64,000 bases of DNA from a virus (taxonomy: Duplodnaviria; Caudoviricetes), in the IMG/VR virus record IMGVR_UViG_3300021514_000002, positions 32,001-96,000 of that record; one strand, given 5' to 3'. Below the pieces are notes generated by a model. It ran no database searches and was not told the origin of the DNA. It was given only the letters and a program-made list of their open reading frames with translations. This document shows positions 9,693 through 19,748 of the stretch, piece after piece. Position 1 is the first letter of the stretch. Every line of letters begins with the position of its first letter. The position numbers and the translations under genes were made by a program.

Positions 9693-10167
9693 GATTTGAC
9701 GGCACCAACAATGCATGGACTAGGCCAATAGCTTCATCTAAATCATTGACAATAAATGGACAGGCTTCTCGTATCATTGGATGATCGTGGATATTACCCT
9801 CTCCCATTATTAGTACCACAGGAGTATTATTTTGTGCAGCCCATGCTATTTCCATCACGGTGCCAATACTTACACTTTGTTTTCCAGTATCGTCCGCAGC
9901 AAGATCAAGTAAATTGACCAGTACCACATCTGCCCGATGACAATCAAATCTATCACGAGCGTAAATTCCACGTTGTGTAGATAATGGCCAGTTTTCATAT
10001 GTTCCTGTTAGATTATCCTGATCTTTAAGATATGGTTTTTTTCGCAACGGCGAAAGACCTTCAATCACGGGATCAAGATTATCAATTACGTATTGTCGCC
10101 AATCAGTACTTTCTTTAAAATTAAGACCTGCGATTGGCCCTGCTAAGTATATTAAATAATTTGTCAT
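9685..10167 (-). CDS. nucleoside 2-deoxyribosyltransferase family protein
   Basis: IYLAGPI...D...ADVVLV...SIGTVMEIAWA. Confidence 0.8.
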   Translation of the reverse strand: MTNYLIYLAGPIAGLNFKESTDWRQYVIDNLDPVIEGLSPLRKKPYLKDQDNLTGTYENWPLSTQRGIYARDRFDCHRADVVLVNLLDLAADDTGKQSVSIGTVMEIAWAAQNNTPVVLIMGEGNIHDHPMIREACPFIVNDLDEAIGLVHALLVPSNHE

Positions 10168-10183
10168 TCTGTAACCTATATTA

Positions 10184-10396
10184 TTATTTTTGGCAAGCTA
10201 TTAGCCAATTTGGTATTTCTTTTTTATTTCTTTGAAAATGTGCCACTAGTGCGCAAGCAGCATCGCAATATGGCGTCTTCCCATCGTCTTTTTCGCGATG
10301 CCAATACTTTGTCGCTCGGGGGTCGTACCGTTGCTCATCGTCAGTTTCTGCTAGGAATACTTCTTTACCACAGGCATTGCATTTAGTTCTTATCAT
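10184..10396 (-). CDS. hypothetical zinc-binding protein
   Basis: CNAC...CDAAC. Confidence 0.5.
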   Translation of the reverse strand: MIRTKCNACGKEVFLAETDDEQRYDPRATKYWHREKDDGKTPYCDAACALVAHFQRNKKEIPNWLIACQK

Positions 10397-10692
10397 CGTT
10401 TTCTCTTTCTTTTTCGTTCACATGTATCTTTGTGCGACGAATAAAAATCAGGAGGTTGTTTACTTACCCATTTTACGAATTTTTGTATTTCTTCATGCTC
10501 CAACAGACGTTCTATCGTGTGATAATGGTGTTGCATTTCTCTTTCAGATATCGTGTGGTGTAATTTATCATGACAGACGATATGTAATGTTATTTTTTCT
10601 TTACCTTTAAAGGTAGCAGGTATCAGATGATGCTCATTGTATGAACCTTCTGGCATTGGTCTTTTACATAAGGGGCAAATTTCTTCAGTCAT
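10393..10692 (-). CDS. small HNH endonuclease-family protein
   Basis: CPLC...EHHLIP...LHIVCHDKLH. Confidence 0.75.
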   Translation of the reverse strand: MTEEICPLCKRPMPEGSYNEHHLIPATFKGKEKITLHIVCHDKLHHTISEREMQHHYHTIERLLEHEEIQKFVKWVSKQPPDFYSSHKDTCERKRKRKR

Positions 10693-11170
10693 TGTCTTGG
10701 TGATGTTTAATAAGTTGTTCTAAGTTATCAAGAGCGTCTGATAACTTATCATCGAATCGTATTCCGTGATAATCGCAAAAAATTTCTACGTTGCCTTTTC
10801 GGAAATACCCATCAGGACAACATACCATCATTTTTCCATCTTCGCAATGTGCACCCAGTTCTAATAACGATATTGGTGAAATTGTATCAGGATCAAAATA
10901 CATGAAAATATATGATGCAGCAGAAAGATTTTCTAGTTCCCATAGTACTTGTTCTTCAAAACATGGATTATCAGCTGATTGTCTTTGCAGACTATCCCAA
11001 TAATTGCGCCTTGGATTAAGAAGGGTTAAATTTTCATATTTACTAAATCTTCCTTCAACCATCGCTTGCCAATTATCCGCTTTATCCATTTCAATTGAAC
11101 CAGCAAGAAAAATAGATATTCCAGTTTCGGTACATTGATCAAATACTTCTGGAGCTTTTATCACTTTCAT
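10685..11170 (-). CDS. nucleoside 2-deoxyribosyltransferase-like (NDT2) protein
   Basis: IFLAGSI...NWQ...NPRR...Q..WE...SPISLLELG. Confidence 0.8.
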   Translation of the reverse strand: MKVIKAPEVFDQCTETGISIFLAGSIEMDKADNWQAMVEGRFSKYENLTLLNPRRNYWDSLQRQSADNPCFEEQVLWELENLSAASYIFMYFDPDTISPISLLELGAHCEDGKMMVCCPDGYFRKGNVEIFCDYHGIRFDDKLSDALDNLEQLIKHHQDND

Positions 11171-11493
11171 AGTTTTTTAACGTCCTTTATATCCACACTA
11201 TATTTCGTCTTAACGCCTGAATGAAAACTGTCAGCCACAAGTTGAAAATATTTCCCCTTATAATAAAGCGGTGTTTTATAATCTTCTTTGTTGTTATAAA
11301 TGCCATCTGCGAGTTGTTTACATACTTCGTTGCGCTTCTTCTCGAGTCTTTCACCGTTTGCCCATAATCGTTTTTGTGTCTCGTATATTTTCTGTTTTTC
11401 TTGATCATATACAAGAAGCGTATCCATCAACGCTTTCTTTTCTCTTACTAACATGCGTCGTTTTTTTGTTGCTGCTTTATTAACCATTACCAA
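11167..11493 (-). CDS. hypothetical protein
   Basis: ORF track. Confidence 0.5.
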   Translation of the reverse strand: MVMVNKAATKKRRMLVREKKALMDTLLVYDQEKQKIYETQKRLWANGERLEKKRNEVCKQLADGIYNNKEDYKTPLYYKGKYFQLVADSFHSGVKTKYSVDIKDVKKL

Positions 11494-11750
11494 TCTTCCC
11501 CTGCATTCTCTTCAAACCGTTCTTGATTAAGTTCAGCAACATCTAATGTTATTATTTTTTCAACTATATCCAATACCGATTCAGTATATGTAATGTATAA
11601 ACTAAAATACGATGATTCGAATTTATCAGACCACCAACAATCGTTGGTATCTGTAACTAATTTCATTCCCATAGTTTTTAATATCAGAGGTGTTATTTTA
11701 CTATTTGGATTATCACGCAATATATTAAATAAGGTATTATAATTATACAT
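11487..11750 (-). CDS. hypothetical protein
   Basis: ORF track. Confidence 0.5.
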   Translation of the reverse strand: MYNYNTLFNILRDNPNSKITPLILKTMGMKLVTDTNDCWWSDKFESSYFSLYITYTESVLDIVEKIITLDVAELNQERFEENAGEDW

Positions 11751-11751
11751 A

Positions 11752-12219
11752 TTAAAATTCCATAAATTGTGCTGCCTTTAACTTAGCACGAATTTTCATT
11801 AATCTGGAACAGAATTCTTGTTTAGTCAAGACGGTTTCGTTCATCTTACTACGTCCGATACTATGTGTCAAGTTTGCATCACCAGACGCTAATAGAGTCT
11901 TTTTTGCTTTTTCGTTGGTAGTGTATAATGTTTCATATGCTTCATCTAAAAGTTGTTGGTATTCATCAGAATCACGAGGGATGGCTTCGCCTTGCCACCA
12001 AAGGGTTTGAGTTCTTTGCCAGTTCTTTTTTGAACCAAATTTTTTAGCTTTAAATCCGACTAAAGTGCAACAATGTTTTTGCATTTCGGGATCTTTGAAT
12101 TTGACTGCTTGTAATAAACCTTCCATGGAATTGCATTCCACACCCCTAAATATAAAGGGTCGTGGCGTGAAATTAGATAATTTTCCACTTGGGCCTGATT
12201 TTTTTGAACCTATATCCAT
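11752..12219 (-). CDS. NADAR family protein (T4 gp30.3-like)
   Basis: LSNFTPRPF...SMEGLLQAVK...W...TLWWQG. Confidence 0.8.
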   Translation of the reverse strand: MDIGSKKSGPSGKLSNFTPRPFIFRGVECNSMEGLLQAVKFKDPEMQKHCCTLVGFKAKKFGSKKNWQRTQTLWWQGEAIPRDSDEYQQLLDEAYETLYTTNEKAKKTLLASGDANLTHSIGRSKMNETVLTKQEFCSRLMKIRAKLKAAQFMEF

Positions 12220-12285
12220 TTACGTAACCTTTTGAATTTTATCGAAAAGTGAGTATAGAACAATCTTTAGGTGGAAGTCAAGTAC

Positions 12286-12930
12286 TTATTTGTTAAATAC
12301 TTCCTCAACGGATAGAATATCAAATTCTGTCAAATTTGTACCTTCTGGGGTATTTACGTTAATAACATCAACCCCCGTATCAAGCAGAGGCTGCTTTATG
12401 GTTTTGTAAGAAGCACGCATTTTTTGATAAACAGCTTCACCATCAATCCGCGCATGAGGTCTTGTATTAGAATGCCAATGGGATGTAGATTTAATGTTAC
12501 GTTCCCCCCATTTCATATCTAGGCCAAGTAAATATATTCGTTTAAATCCAAGGTGAACAGCCGCCATATTAAGTGCAGCATACGACGAATTTGACCCATG
12601 TCGCATACTTCCTGCTTTTGTTTCAAGTCCTTGTTGTCCTGTTAGATGCCATCGTTTATCGACTACATCCATTTTCGTCGGTTTAGTAAGATTAAGAACA
12701 CCCTGCCAAATCAAACCTTTGAAGTCAACTAAATCCTTTTCATGATCCTTAATCCATGGTTCATCTGTACAATAAAGAATTTGGGCATTTGGTAATTTCA
12801 TGTATGAGTTATTAATGGCTATAACAAATTTACCATCAAGTAAAGACCAATCAAAATCGGTTAGTGATGTACCACCACCAACTATGTAACACGTATTGTT
12901 ATATTGTAGGGGATTTATTCCTTCGATCAT
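12286..12930 (-). CDS. MptE/DUF115-like (motility-associated-factor / glycan transferase-type fold) protein
   Basis: YIVGGGTSL...IAINN...NSSYAALNMA...IYLLGLDM. Confidence 0.65.
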   Translation of the reverse strand: MIEGINPLQYNNTCYIVGGGTSLTDFDWSLLDGKFVIAINNSYMKLPNAQILYCTDEPWIKDHEKDLVDFKGLIWQGVLNLTKPTKMDVVDKRWHLTGQQGLETKAGSMRHGSNSSYAALNMAAVHLGFKRIYLLGLDMKWGERNIKSTSHWHSNTRPHARIDGEAVYQKMRASYKTIKQPLLDTGVDVINVNTPEGTNLTEFDILSVEEVFNK

Positions 12931-13442
12931 GCAGGCAATCCTATTATCGTAAATTCACGTTCGCTACCGAACGTTTCAGTTATATTAAATCTATTTTCTA
13001 GTTTTTTCAACCACCAATCTTTATCTTCTATGATTAAATGTGCATTTCGTCCATCGGCAAGTGTTTTGCACGCAGGTCGTGTAGCGATTGTTAAGAAAAC
13101 TACTTTTTTTGCTAAATCATGTAATTCATTAAGTACATCGTCTAAGCATTCGGGTTCAATGTGTTCTAATACATCAGTACAAACGACAATATCATGTTGT
13201 GTTGGTTTTTGTGAAAATTCTAATATAGCGGGATCGTATTGTGTTATATTAAATGATAGCTTTTCTTGTAATGTGCTTTTACCACAACCATAGTCAAGAA
13301 CATCCCGCGATTGGTATTTTTTTGTTAAACCATTGATGTGTGTAGCCCATTTCCAACCACCTGTTCCATATGTTTCATTGCTATCATGGAGTTGTTCGTT
13401 TAGCTCTTTATATTCTTTGGTTATCGTGTTAGACATTTTCAA
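12927..13442 (-). CDS. class I SAM-dependent methyltransferase
   Basis: VLDYGCGK, D.VVCTDVLEHI. Confidence 0.85.
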   Translation of the reverse strand: MKMSNTITKEYKELNEQLHDSNETYGTGGWKWATHINGLTKKYQSRDVLDYGCGKSTLQEKLSFNITQYDPAILEFSQKPTQHDIVVCTDVLEHIEPECLDDVLNELHDLAKKVVFLTIATRPACKTLADGRNAHLIIEDKDWWLKKLENRFNITETFGSEREFTIIGLPA

Positions 13443-13989
13443 ACATTCCGGTCTTTGGCATTATAAAATTATCATCTTCGGTTTTGATTAATCTACAACA
13501 GACTAAATGTTTTCCTTCGTCCACCCATAGATCTTTTATTTCGTACTTATTTAGTTCAGCAAAATTCTCAAAAAATGCTGGATATGGGTAGTATATGCCA
13601 GGGAAGCCGCTTGGTATGCCATGTCGTTTCCAGTATTTTGGTTGCGGTAACGCACACGATAATTGCCCACCAATCTTTAACATGTTATGAATATTGCGCC
13701 AACATGCCGCTTGGCCATCCACTGTTTGTACGTGTTCAGTGAACCCGAAATTAGTCACCACATCCACTGGCAAAAGATCGCTGATTTTTTTGGGTGGTTC
13801 CCTTCGTATATCCCACCCAATTGCGCCATTTTCTGCATTTATATCTGTGCACCAGTATTCTATCCCTTTGGAAATATACCAATCACGATATAATCCCGTT
13901 GGGTTCTTTTTATTACCAAGTTCCAATAGTCGTGTTCCTGCTGGTAAATCGCCAAGTGTACGGAGTTCACCTAATGGTATGTCTGTCAT
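13429..13989 (-). CDS. methyltransferase-like protein
   Basis: LLELGN...D...DVVTNFGFTEHV...GG. Confidence 0.6.
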   Translation of the reverse strand: MTDIPLGELRTLGDLPAGTRLLELGNKKNPTGLYRDWYISKGIEYWCTDINAENGAIGWDIRREPPKKISDLLPVDVVTNFGFTEHVQTVDGQAACWRNIHNMLKIGGQLSCALPQPKYWKRHGIPSGFPGIYYPYPAFFENFAELNKYEIKDLWVDEGKHLVCCRLIKTEDDNFIMPKTGMFENV

Positions 13990-13990
13990 T

Positions 13991-14731
13991 TTATTTCCAA
14001 TTGTCCTTAATATAATCTTCTGTTGCTTCGTGTGGTTTTGGTTGTCCATGAAATACTATAATTGCCGTGTCTTCATTGGCATGTTTCCACTGTGGAACTT
14101 TCTCGTATTTGTATGAGACTACCCAACTTTTTGGATAATTGTATATATTATCCCTTAGAACGCGCCAAATATAACATTGATCGCCGTGTAATTGTTTCAT
14201 TACATCTGCGGAAAATTTATTGTGTATATTTTTAGTACTTTCTGATGGTGTCCAAACCATTATAGACGAATTGTGTGCTGCATGTCTTTTATTTGGGCCA
14301 TAATTTTCAATCATGCAGAAAGGTTCTTGTACGCTGACAATATTGTCCAGTGAACCAACAATCACCACATCTAAATCCAAATAAAGAATTCTACTATCAG
14401 AAGGAAATAAATCTGGATGGAATAGTCCTACCTTCTGCCACCACCCCTTACTTGCGTCTGATAATGGCGGTTTTATTTTTATTACACCTTCTGGTACTTC
14501 ATTGTTAGTAATACAAACAAATTCATGTGGAATAGAAAGATTTCGTTTAACTGAATTCTTTAATTTTTCAACATATTCTACGGGGTATAATGTTCCCCAC
14601 CATACACATACTACAATTAATTTTTCTGGTGGTGTGCCGACTGTTACTCTTGGTGGCGGCTCTAATAAATCTGGGGTTTTAAGATCAATACCATTTACGG
14701 TTAAGGTAGACTGTGTAATCATTCTAGACAT
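13991..14731 (-). CDS. GT-A glycosyltransferase (GT8-like)
   Basis: GWWQKVGLF, ILYLDLDVVI (DxD), NSSIM, GDQ, FHGQPKP. Confidence 0.85.
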   Translation of the reverse strand: MSRMITQSTLTVNGIDLKTPDLLEPPPRVTVGTPPEKLIVVCVWWGTLYPVEYVEKLKNSVKRNLSIPHEFVCITNNEVPEGVIKIKPPLSDASKGWWQKVGLFHPDLFPSDSRILYLDLDVVIVGSLDNIVSVQEPFCMIENYGPNKRHAAHNSSIMVWTPSESTKNIHNKFSADVMKQLHGDQCYIWRVLRDNIYNYPKSWVVSYKYEKVPQWKHANEDTAIIVFHGQPKPHEATEDYIKDNWK

Positions 14732-14829
14732 ATTATTTCCTTATTTTCTATGGGTTGTATTGTATTTATTATCTTATGAAAGTCCAATTTATAAGATAAT
14801 AAATACTGTAAATATAAAAGGAGATAATA

Positions 14830-15402
14830 GTGGAATACGATATAGAAACTTGGAATAAAAATAAAGCTAAACCGACTATAGATGTGCCTGCTAACTGGGG
14901 GCGTGAAAGATGGATAGCGCACATGGCAAATGAAAATAAATGGACACGTGGTGCGGAATTGGGCGTTTGGAAAGGTCGCACATTTTTACATGTTTTGGCT
15001 TCCTGTCCTCAAGTTAAACTAATTGGTGTTGATGCATGGACGCCGCAAGCAGACAACGAAGGACCTGAAAATTATCTTGATTGGCCACATCATGAAAACG
15101 AACGTATGGTACGGGAAGGCGCAAAACGATTTGGCGATAGAGCAATTATTCATAAGATGTTTACACATGAAGCTGCGGAATTAGTAGAAGATAATAGTTT
15201 AGATTTTATTTTCATAGATGCAGATCATGGAACAGATGCGGTACGAAATGATATTTTAACATGGATGTCTAAAATAAAAGATAATGGTACGATTATTGGT
15301 CATGATATAAATTGGCCAACTGTTAAAGTAGTTGCTGATGAATTATTACCTGGATATGTAATTGGTCCAGATAATGCATGGTGTAGAAAGAAAATCGTAT
15401 GA
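14830..15402 (+). CDS. class I SAM methyltransferase (Methyltransf_24-like)
   Basis: GAELGVWKG, LDFIFIDADH, GHD. Confidence 0.85.
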   Translation: MEYDIETWNKNKAKPTIDVPANWGRERWIAHMANENKWTRGAELGVWKGRTFLHVLASCPQVKLIGVDAWTPQADNEGPENYLDWPHHENERMVREGAKRFGDRAIIHKMFTHEAAELVEDNSLDFIFIDADHGTDAVRNDILTWMSKIKDNGTIIGHDINWPTVKVVADELLPGYVIGPDNAWCRKKIV

Positions 15403-15962
15403 TTAAACATAGAGATTTTTGGCAAGGTCAGCGAGGGTTAAATAATATAAAACCTAAACGTATTGGTCTACTCTGGGAGAGTTTCAATGCCATTGATTTG
15501 GTCGTTGACTTCGTAGGCGATAACACCGTAGTCGAAGTTGGATGTGGGAACGGAAGATTTTCGCAAGGGTTTACCCCTGAGCAATATGTAGGGGTAGACT
15601 TAAACGTAGATGCTATTAATGTTTCACGTGAAAATTATCCAAAATACCAATTTAATATATTAGAAAAATATTCAGAAATTCCAGCCCGCGATGTAATGTT
15701 GCTACATTCTGCTGCATTGTATGTACCAGATGATGAAATTGCAGATGTATTTGCACAGGCAAAGAAACGTATTGTCTTGGCTGAGACTATGGGCGTAAGA
15801 GTAATTAAAGATCGTGAACAACCAGAGAATTTGGCATATCACTATGCAAGAACTGCCGATGAGTATGAGGCAATACTTAAAGATTGGAAACTGGTTGATA
15901 CAATTAATAAGAGAGATGCTAATAGCGGGAAAACGTTTACATATATGGTATTTGAAAAATAA
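15399..15962 (+). CDS. class I SAM methyltransferase-like
   Basis: VVEVGCGNGR, YVGVDLN. Confidence 0.75.
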   Translation: MIKHRDFWQGQRGLNNIKPKRIGLLWESFNAIDLVVDFVGDNTVVEVGCGNGRFSQGFTPEQYVGVDLNVDAINVSRENYPKYQFNILEKYSEIPARDVMLLHSAALYVPDDEIADVFAQAKKRIVLAETMGVRVIKDREQPENLAYHYARTADEYEAILKDWKLVDTINKRDANSGKTFTYMVFEK

Positions 15963-15972
15963 TTGGTGATAT

Positions 15973-16773
15973 ATGTCTAAAATCGTTATACATATGCGCC
16001 CAACTATTCCATGGCATAAACGCTGGGTTAAATTTTTTGTTACAGGGTTTAAAAAACATGGTATTGATGTTGTAGTATCATCATCGGCTCAAGTAACAAG
16101 AGGTTGTGATATTGCAATATTGTTTGGTCCTAATATGTGGAAAGCCATTGAATCATCAGGCGTATCATATCTTATGGTTAACCGAAAATTTTTTGGTGTT
16201 GAGGAACACGTAGCTGGTGATATTGTTGCAATGGGATGGAATGGTTTTAATGGTCCAGCAACATTTTGTGTCGAAGATGTATCACCTGATAGGTTACGTA
16301 AATTTTTAGATCCTGAAAAAGAAATCCAAGAATGGAAATCTGGTGGAACTAATATTTTAATTTGTGGTCAAGCTGACTTAGGTAGGTGTACTAGTTATAG
16401 TAACTTAGAAAAATGGTATAATCAAGTAAAGATTACAGTGAATTCACTAGTTAAATTTAGATCACATCCTACGCGTAAGAAACTTATACCATTAGATGAA
16501 GAATTAGAAAATGTAAAAGTTGCAATAACATTAAATTCTTTAGTCGCAATTGAAATTCTTATGGCTGGCATTCCGGTAATTTCAATGGATGAAAATAGTC
16601 CAGTGTACGGTGTCACAGGACATTCACTTAATGATATTAAATATCCTAATCGTTTAGAATTATTTCAGTATTTGGCACATTGCCAATGGTACTATACAGA
16701 AATTGAGAGTGGAAAATTTTGGGAACAGTTATATCCCAAAAGGGGATTACCCCTCAAGGAATATGCGCAGTAA
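15973..16773 (+). CDS. capsule-synthesis / GT-B-like glycan transferase-like protein
   Basis: FRSHP...VAITLNSLVAIEILMAGIPVI. Confidence 0.55.
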   Translation: MSKIVIHMRPTIPWHKRWVKFFVTGFKKHGIDVVVSSSAQVTRGCDIAILFGPNMWKAIESSGVSYLMVNRKFFGVEEHVAGDIVAMGWNGFNGPATFCVEDVSPDRLRKFLDPEKEIQEWKSGGTNILICGQADLGRCTSYSNLEKWYNQVKITVNSLVKFRSHPTRKKLIPLDEELENVKVAITLNSLVAIEILMAGIPVISMDENSPVYGVTGHSLNDIKYPNRLELFQYLAHCQWYYTEIESGKFWEQLYPKRGLPLKEYAQ

Positions 16774-16776
16774 GTT

Positions 16777-17775
16777 TTATTTTTCTTTGCCGTAATTTAA
16801 AAAGTTAAGAGTTGCTAAGTTTTTACTTTGTCCATATTCACGCCCTTGAATATCGCACCATACTAATGCTTCTGGTGTTTCTATTAATTGATCACAACCT
16901 TTACAATATGGTATGTCATCAAAACGTTCTTCTTCGTGTGCTTTTCGTAGTTCTATAAATTCTGGACTGTTAACAACTTCTTCAATTGTAGTTGTATCAA
17001 GATGTCCCAGTACGCCTTGACTATCTTTCCCCAATACCATACAACAGGCGACCACAGCCGCCATATGACCATCTAAACCACCCGCGCGCACTTGTAATAG
17101 TGGTGCGAATGGTCTACCACAAGTTCGTAGTTTAGGTGCTTCTTGTTTTTCGTCGCGACCATAATTAAGTTCAACTTTATCACTATCACTCCAGTTGTGC
17201 ATTAACCAAATTTCAGAAGAAGCACCAGTATATTCACCCCAATTTTTACGATACATTTCTATTTCATAATCAATATTATCGCGGTCTATGATAAGATGGT
17301 TTATGTGCATCTCTGTTGAGGTTCCTTTTGTTAGTTCGACAAAGCGTTTAGCGTTTTCACGAACAATGTTATAGTCACCTTTTTCCATCCATTCGACGTA
17401 AGTTTCTTCATTATAACCAATACAAGAAAGACGTAGAATATCAATACCTGCATTAATTAATTCTTTTGAAAGTTTTTCGGTAAGTTTTAAACCATTTGTA
17501 AAACTAATACATGTTAATCCACGTTCCTTTACCACACGAACGAAATCAGGCATGTCGCGATTAAGAGTTGGTTCACCACTACCATGTAATGTAACAGTTT
17601 TTAAACCATACTGCATAGCATCATCGATTGTTTTTATAAACGTGTCAAGGGAAAGCTTTTTAAGAAATTCTTTCTCACGGCTAATAGACTGTGGACACAT
17701 TTTACATTTGTAATTACAACCACCATTAAGTTCCATGTCAAGAACATGTACTTGGATGTCTTCTGATACTGGCAT
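16777..17775 (-). CDS. radical SAM/SPASM-domain protein
   Basis: CNYKCKMC, HGSGEPTL, C-terminal CGRPF...CC...CKGC. Confidence 0.9.
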   Translation of the reverse strand: MPVSEDIQVHVLDMELNGGCNYKCKMCPQSISREKEFLKKLSLDTFIKTIDDAMQYGLKTVTLHGSGEPTLNRDMPDFVRVVKERGLTCISFTNGLKLTEKLSKELINAGIDILRLSCIGYNEETYVEWMEKGDYNIVRENAKRFVELTKGTSTEMHINHLIIDRDNIDYEIEMYRKNWGEYTGASSEIWLMHNWSDSDKVELNYGRDEKQEAPKLRTCGRPFAPLLQVRAGGLDGHMAAVVACCMVLGKDSQGVLGHLDTTTIEEVVNSPEFIELRKAHEEERFDDIPYCKGCDQLIETPEALVWCDIQGREYGQSKNLATLNFLNYGKEK

Positions 17776-17786
17776 ATTTTTTCCTT

Positions 17787-17990
17787 TTATTTTGATACCA
17801 TAATTTAATCGTTACCAATCTGATGCTCGAGATGGCGGGCACGCTTAATGAGCCAGGATTTTGCGTCATTAACATTTACACCAAATGTTCTCATTTGTGA
17901 TAACCAATGTTGTTCAATTACAACTACAGGTTTAAATTCTTCAATAACATTTTCACCACTTTGTAAACATTTAACTTCATAATTCTTCTT
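17787..17990 (-). pseudogene. C-terminal remnant of an FkbM-family methyltransferase
   Basis: startless frame NYEVKCLQSGENVIEEFKPVVVIE...IGND*IMVSK* resembling the FkbM EG.E...L.G....I....PV..IE motif. Confidence 0.55.
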
Positions 17991-18750
17991 CTAATGTAGA
18001 CATATGAAAACTAGTTAGTGCAGAACCTGGTGTACAATTAATAACTTCCATATCAAGTGCTTCAAGTTGTGGAACCATTTTATCGTAGGCTTCAATTAAT
18101 CCATCCAAAACACCTGGTTTAGATAATCCAACCTTAACACTAGGCCAATGTTGTAGTGGTTTAGGGTATTCTTGGAAATAATGCCGTGGTTCAGAACCTG
18201 CTTGTTGTTGTTGGCCGTTATAATCAGGCGCGAATTTCATATCATGTCCAATTAACAACACACGCTTGACACCATAATGTAATGCAAGATTAATACACAT
18301 TGGTCCACTACCATGATTAATGTGGATAATACTTGGATCTGTAGATAGTCCATGTTTTTCTACACCACCAATATAATTAATATTAAATTGTTTTGCTAGT
18401 TTAGGATACCAAGTATACTTAGGACATGATAATTCACGAAGTTCTTTTGACCGTGGATAGTACCAATGCCACCAAGGACCATCACATGAAAGATGGATAT
18501 CTGTCCATGGCACCCGCTGATATACATTGTTTATTGTGAAAACCCTGCAGTTGCCAGCTGCTTGATGTTGTTTAATAAGATCCAAATGTTCATCTGTTAG
18601 ACTTGGACCTGTTGCAATTATAACCGCAGTTTCGCCAGCAAATACTGGTTCAATTGGGGTTGCAGTTTTCTGTGCAGGTGGTATTCGCAAATCCGCCAAT
18701 TCCTTAAGCTCACGTGGTGTTAAATTTTTAACTTCTTCTTCAAAACTCAT
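17977..18750 (-). CDS. second MptE/DUF115-like protein
   Basis: VIIATGPSL...TINN...GSGPMCINLALHYGVKRVLLIGHDM...VINCTP. Confidence 0.65.
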   Translation of the reverse strand: MSFEEEVKNLTPRELKELADLRIPPAQKTATPIEPVFAGETAVIIATGPSLTDEHLDLIKQHQAAGNCRVFTINNVYQRVPWTDIHLSCDGPWWHWYYPRSKELRELSCPKYTWYPKLAKQFNINYIGGVEKHGLSTDPSIIHINHGSGPMCINLALHYGVKRVLLIGHDMKFAPDYNGQQQQAGSEPRHYFQEYPKPLQHWPSVKVGLSKPGVLDGLIEAYDKMVPQLEALDMEVINCTPGSALTSFHMSTLEEEL

Positions 18751-19328
18751 TTCGTTATCGCCATTTTCGCTGCTTCCTTATGGTATGTGAGGTTGCAATA
18801 TTCAATTGCTTGTTGTATTTCAGACATGTCCCCAGCTATAATTTTGTCAGTATCAACAAACACCCCACCATCCTTCGCAGCCAGTTGTTTCATGTAGTTA
18901 AATCTCCACAAGGTCACTTCCAGTGAATATTTATAATCCGCGTCTTTTCGCTTTTGGCAAATTGAATTCGCCACATCTTCTGGTTTTCTTGTAATAAAAA
19001 CGTTAAAGGGATTTAATCCACTATACGCTGGATAGTATTCAATACCCGTTTTCATTGACCATATTTGATCGGAGGGAACGATTTGTTTAATTCTATCATG
19101 AAACAGTTCAAATATTTCTGGGTTAGCATCGACAGCTCGCATGTGTGCACTCCCCCACAAAGGCTTAAACTCTTTTTGTAGAATCTTTATGTTATTGTTT
19201 TCGTATGTATCATAACCTGCCGATTTTACTTGTCTTTCACCCCAGAATATTCCATGCGCGGCAAAAATAGCTGATACCATTGATGAACGACTGCGTGATG
19301 TCATCCAAAGTAATATTGGTCTTGTCAT
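18747..19328 (-). CDS. sulfotransferase-like protein
   Basis: PAPS-binding-like TSRSRSSMVS, WSMK, ITRKPEDVANS. Confidence 0.55.
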   Translation of the reverse strand: MTRPILLWMTSRSRSSMVSAIFAAHGIFWGERQVKSAGYDTYENNNIKILQKEFKPLWGSAHMRAVDANPEIFELFHDRIKQIVPSDQIWSMKTGIEYYPAYSGLNPFNVFITRKPEDVANSICQKRKDADYKYSLEVTLWRFNYMKQLAAKDGGVFVDTDKIIAGDMSEIQQAIEYCNLTYHKEAAKMAITK

Positions 19329-19330
19329 TA

Positions 19331-19621
19331 TTATAATTCTTTTATTTGATTGTTATAATCTTCCAGTGCTTTTTTCTCTTGCATTGTAAGACATTCTTTT
19401 TTAGTTTCCCAACCATTATGGCGTGGATTGCAACACATTAGACACGAACAAGGCGTTGGTGTACTTGCAACGATTCCTGCAGTTTTTGCTGGCATTTCTA
19501 TTATACCGTGAATACAATAACTACGATGACCATATTTACCGTATCCCCAATAACCCTGACGGTTATGTTTTATACGTGCACGCTGATGGCGGCGGTTCGC
19601 ACGAGCCATATTTTTGAACAT
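19331..19621 (-). CDS. basic hypothetical protein
   Basis: TPTPCSCLMCCNPR motif. Confidence 0.6.
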   Translation of the reverse strand: MFKNMARANRRHQRARIKHNRQGYWGYGKYGHRSYCIHGIIEMPAKTAGIVASTPTPCSCLMCCNPRHNGWETKKECLTMQEKKALEDYNNQIKEL

Positions 19622-19748
19622 ATTTTACTCCAGACCCACGTCCAGCACCCAACACAATTGTTAGTAGCGGCGTGGGCTTTATATGTTTAATGTTGACATG
19701 ATATGTTTCTCCTTTCATAAATACGTAGAATATAAGGTATATTATACT

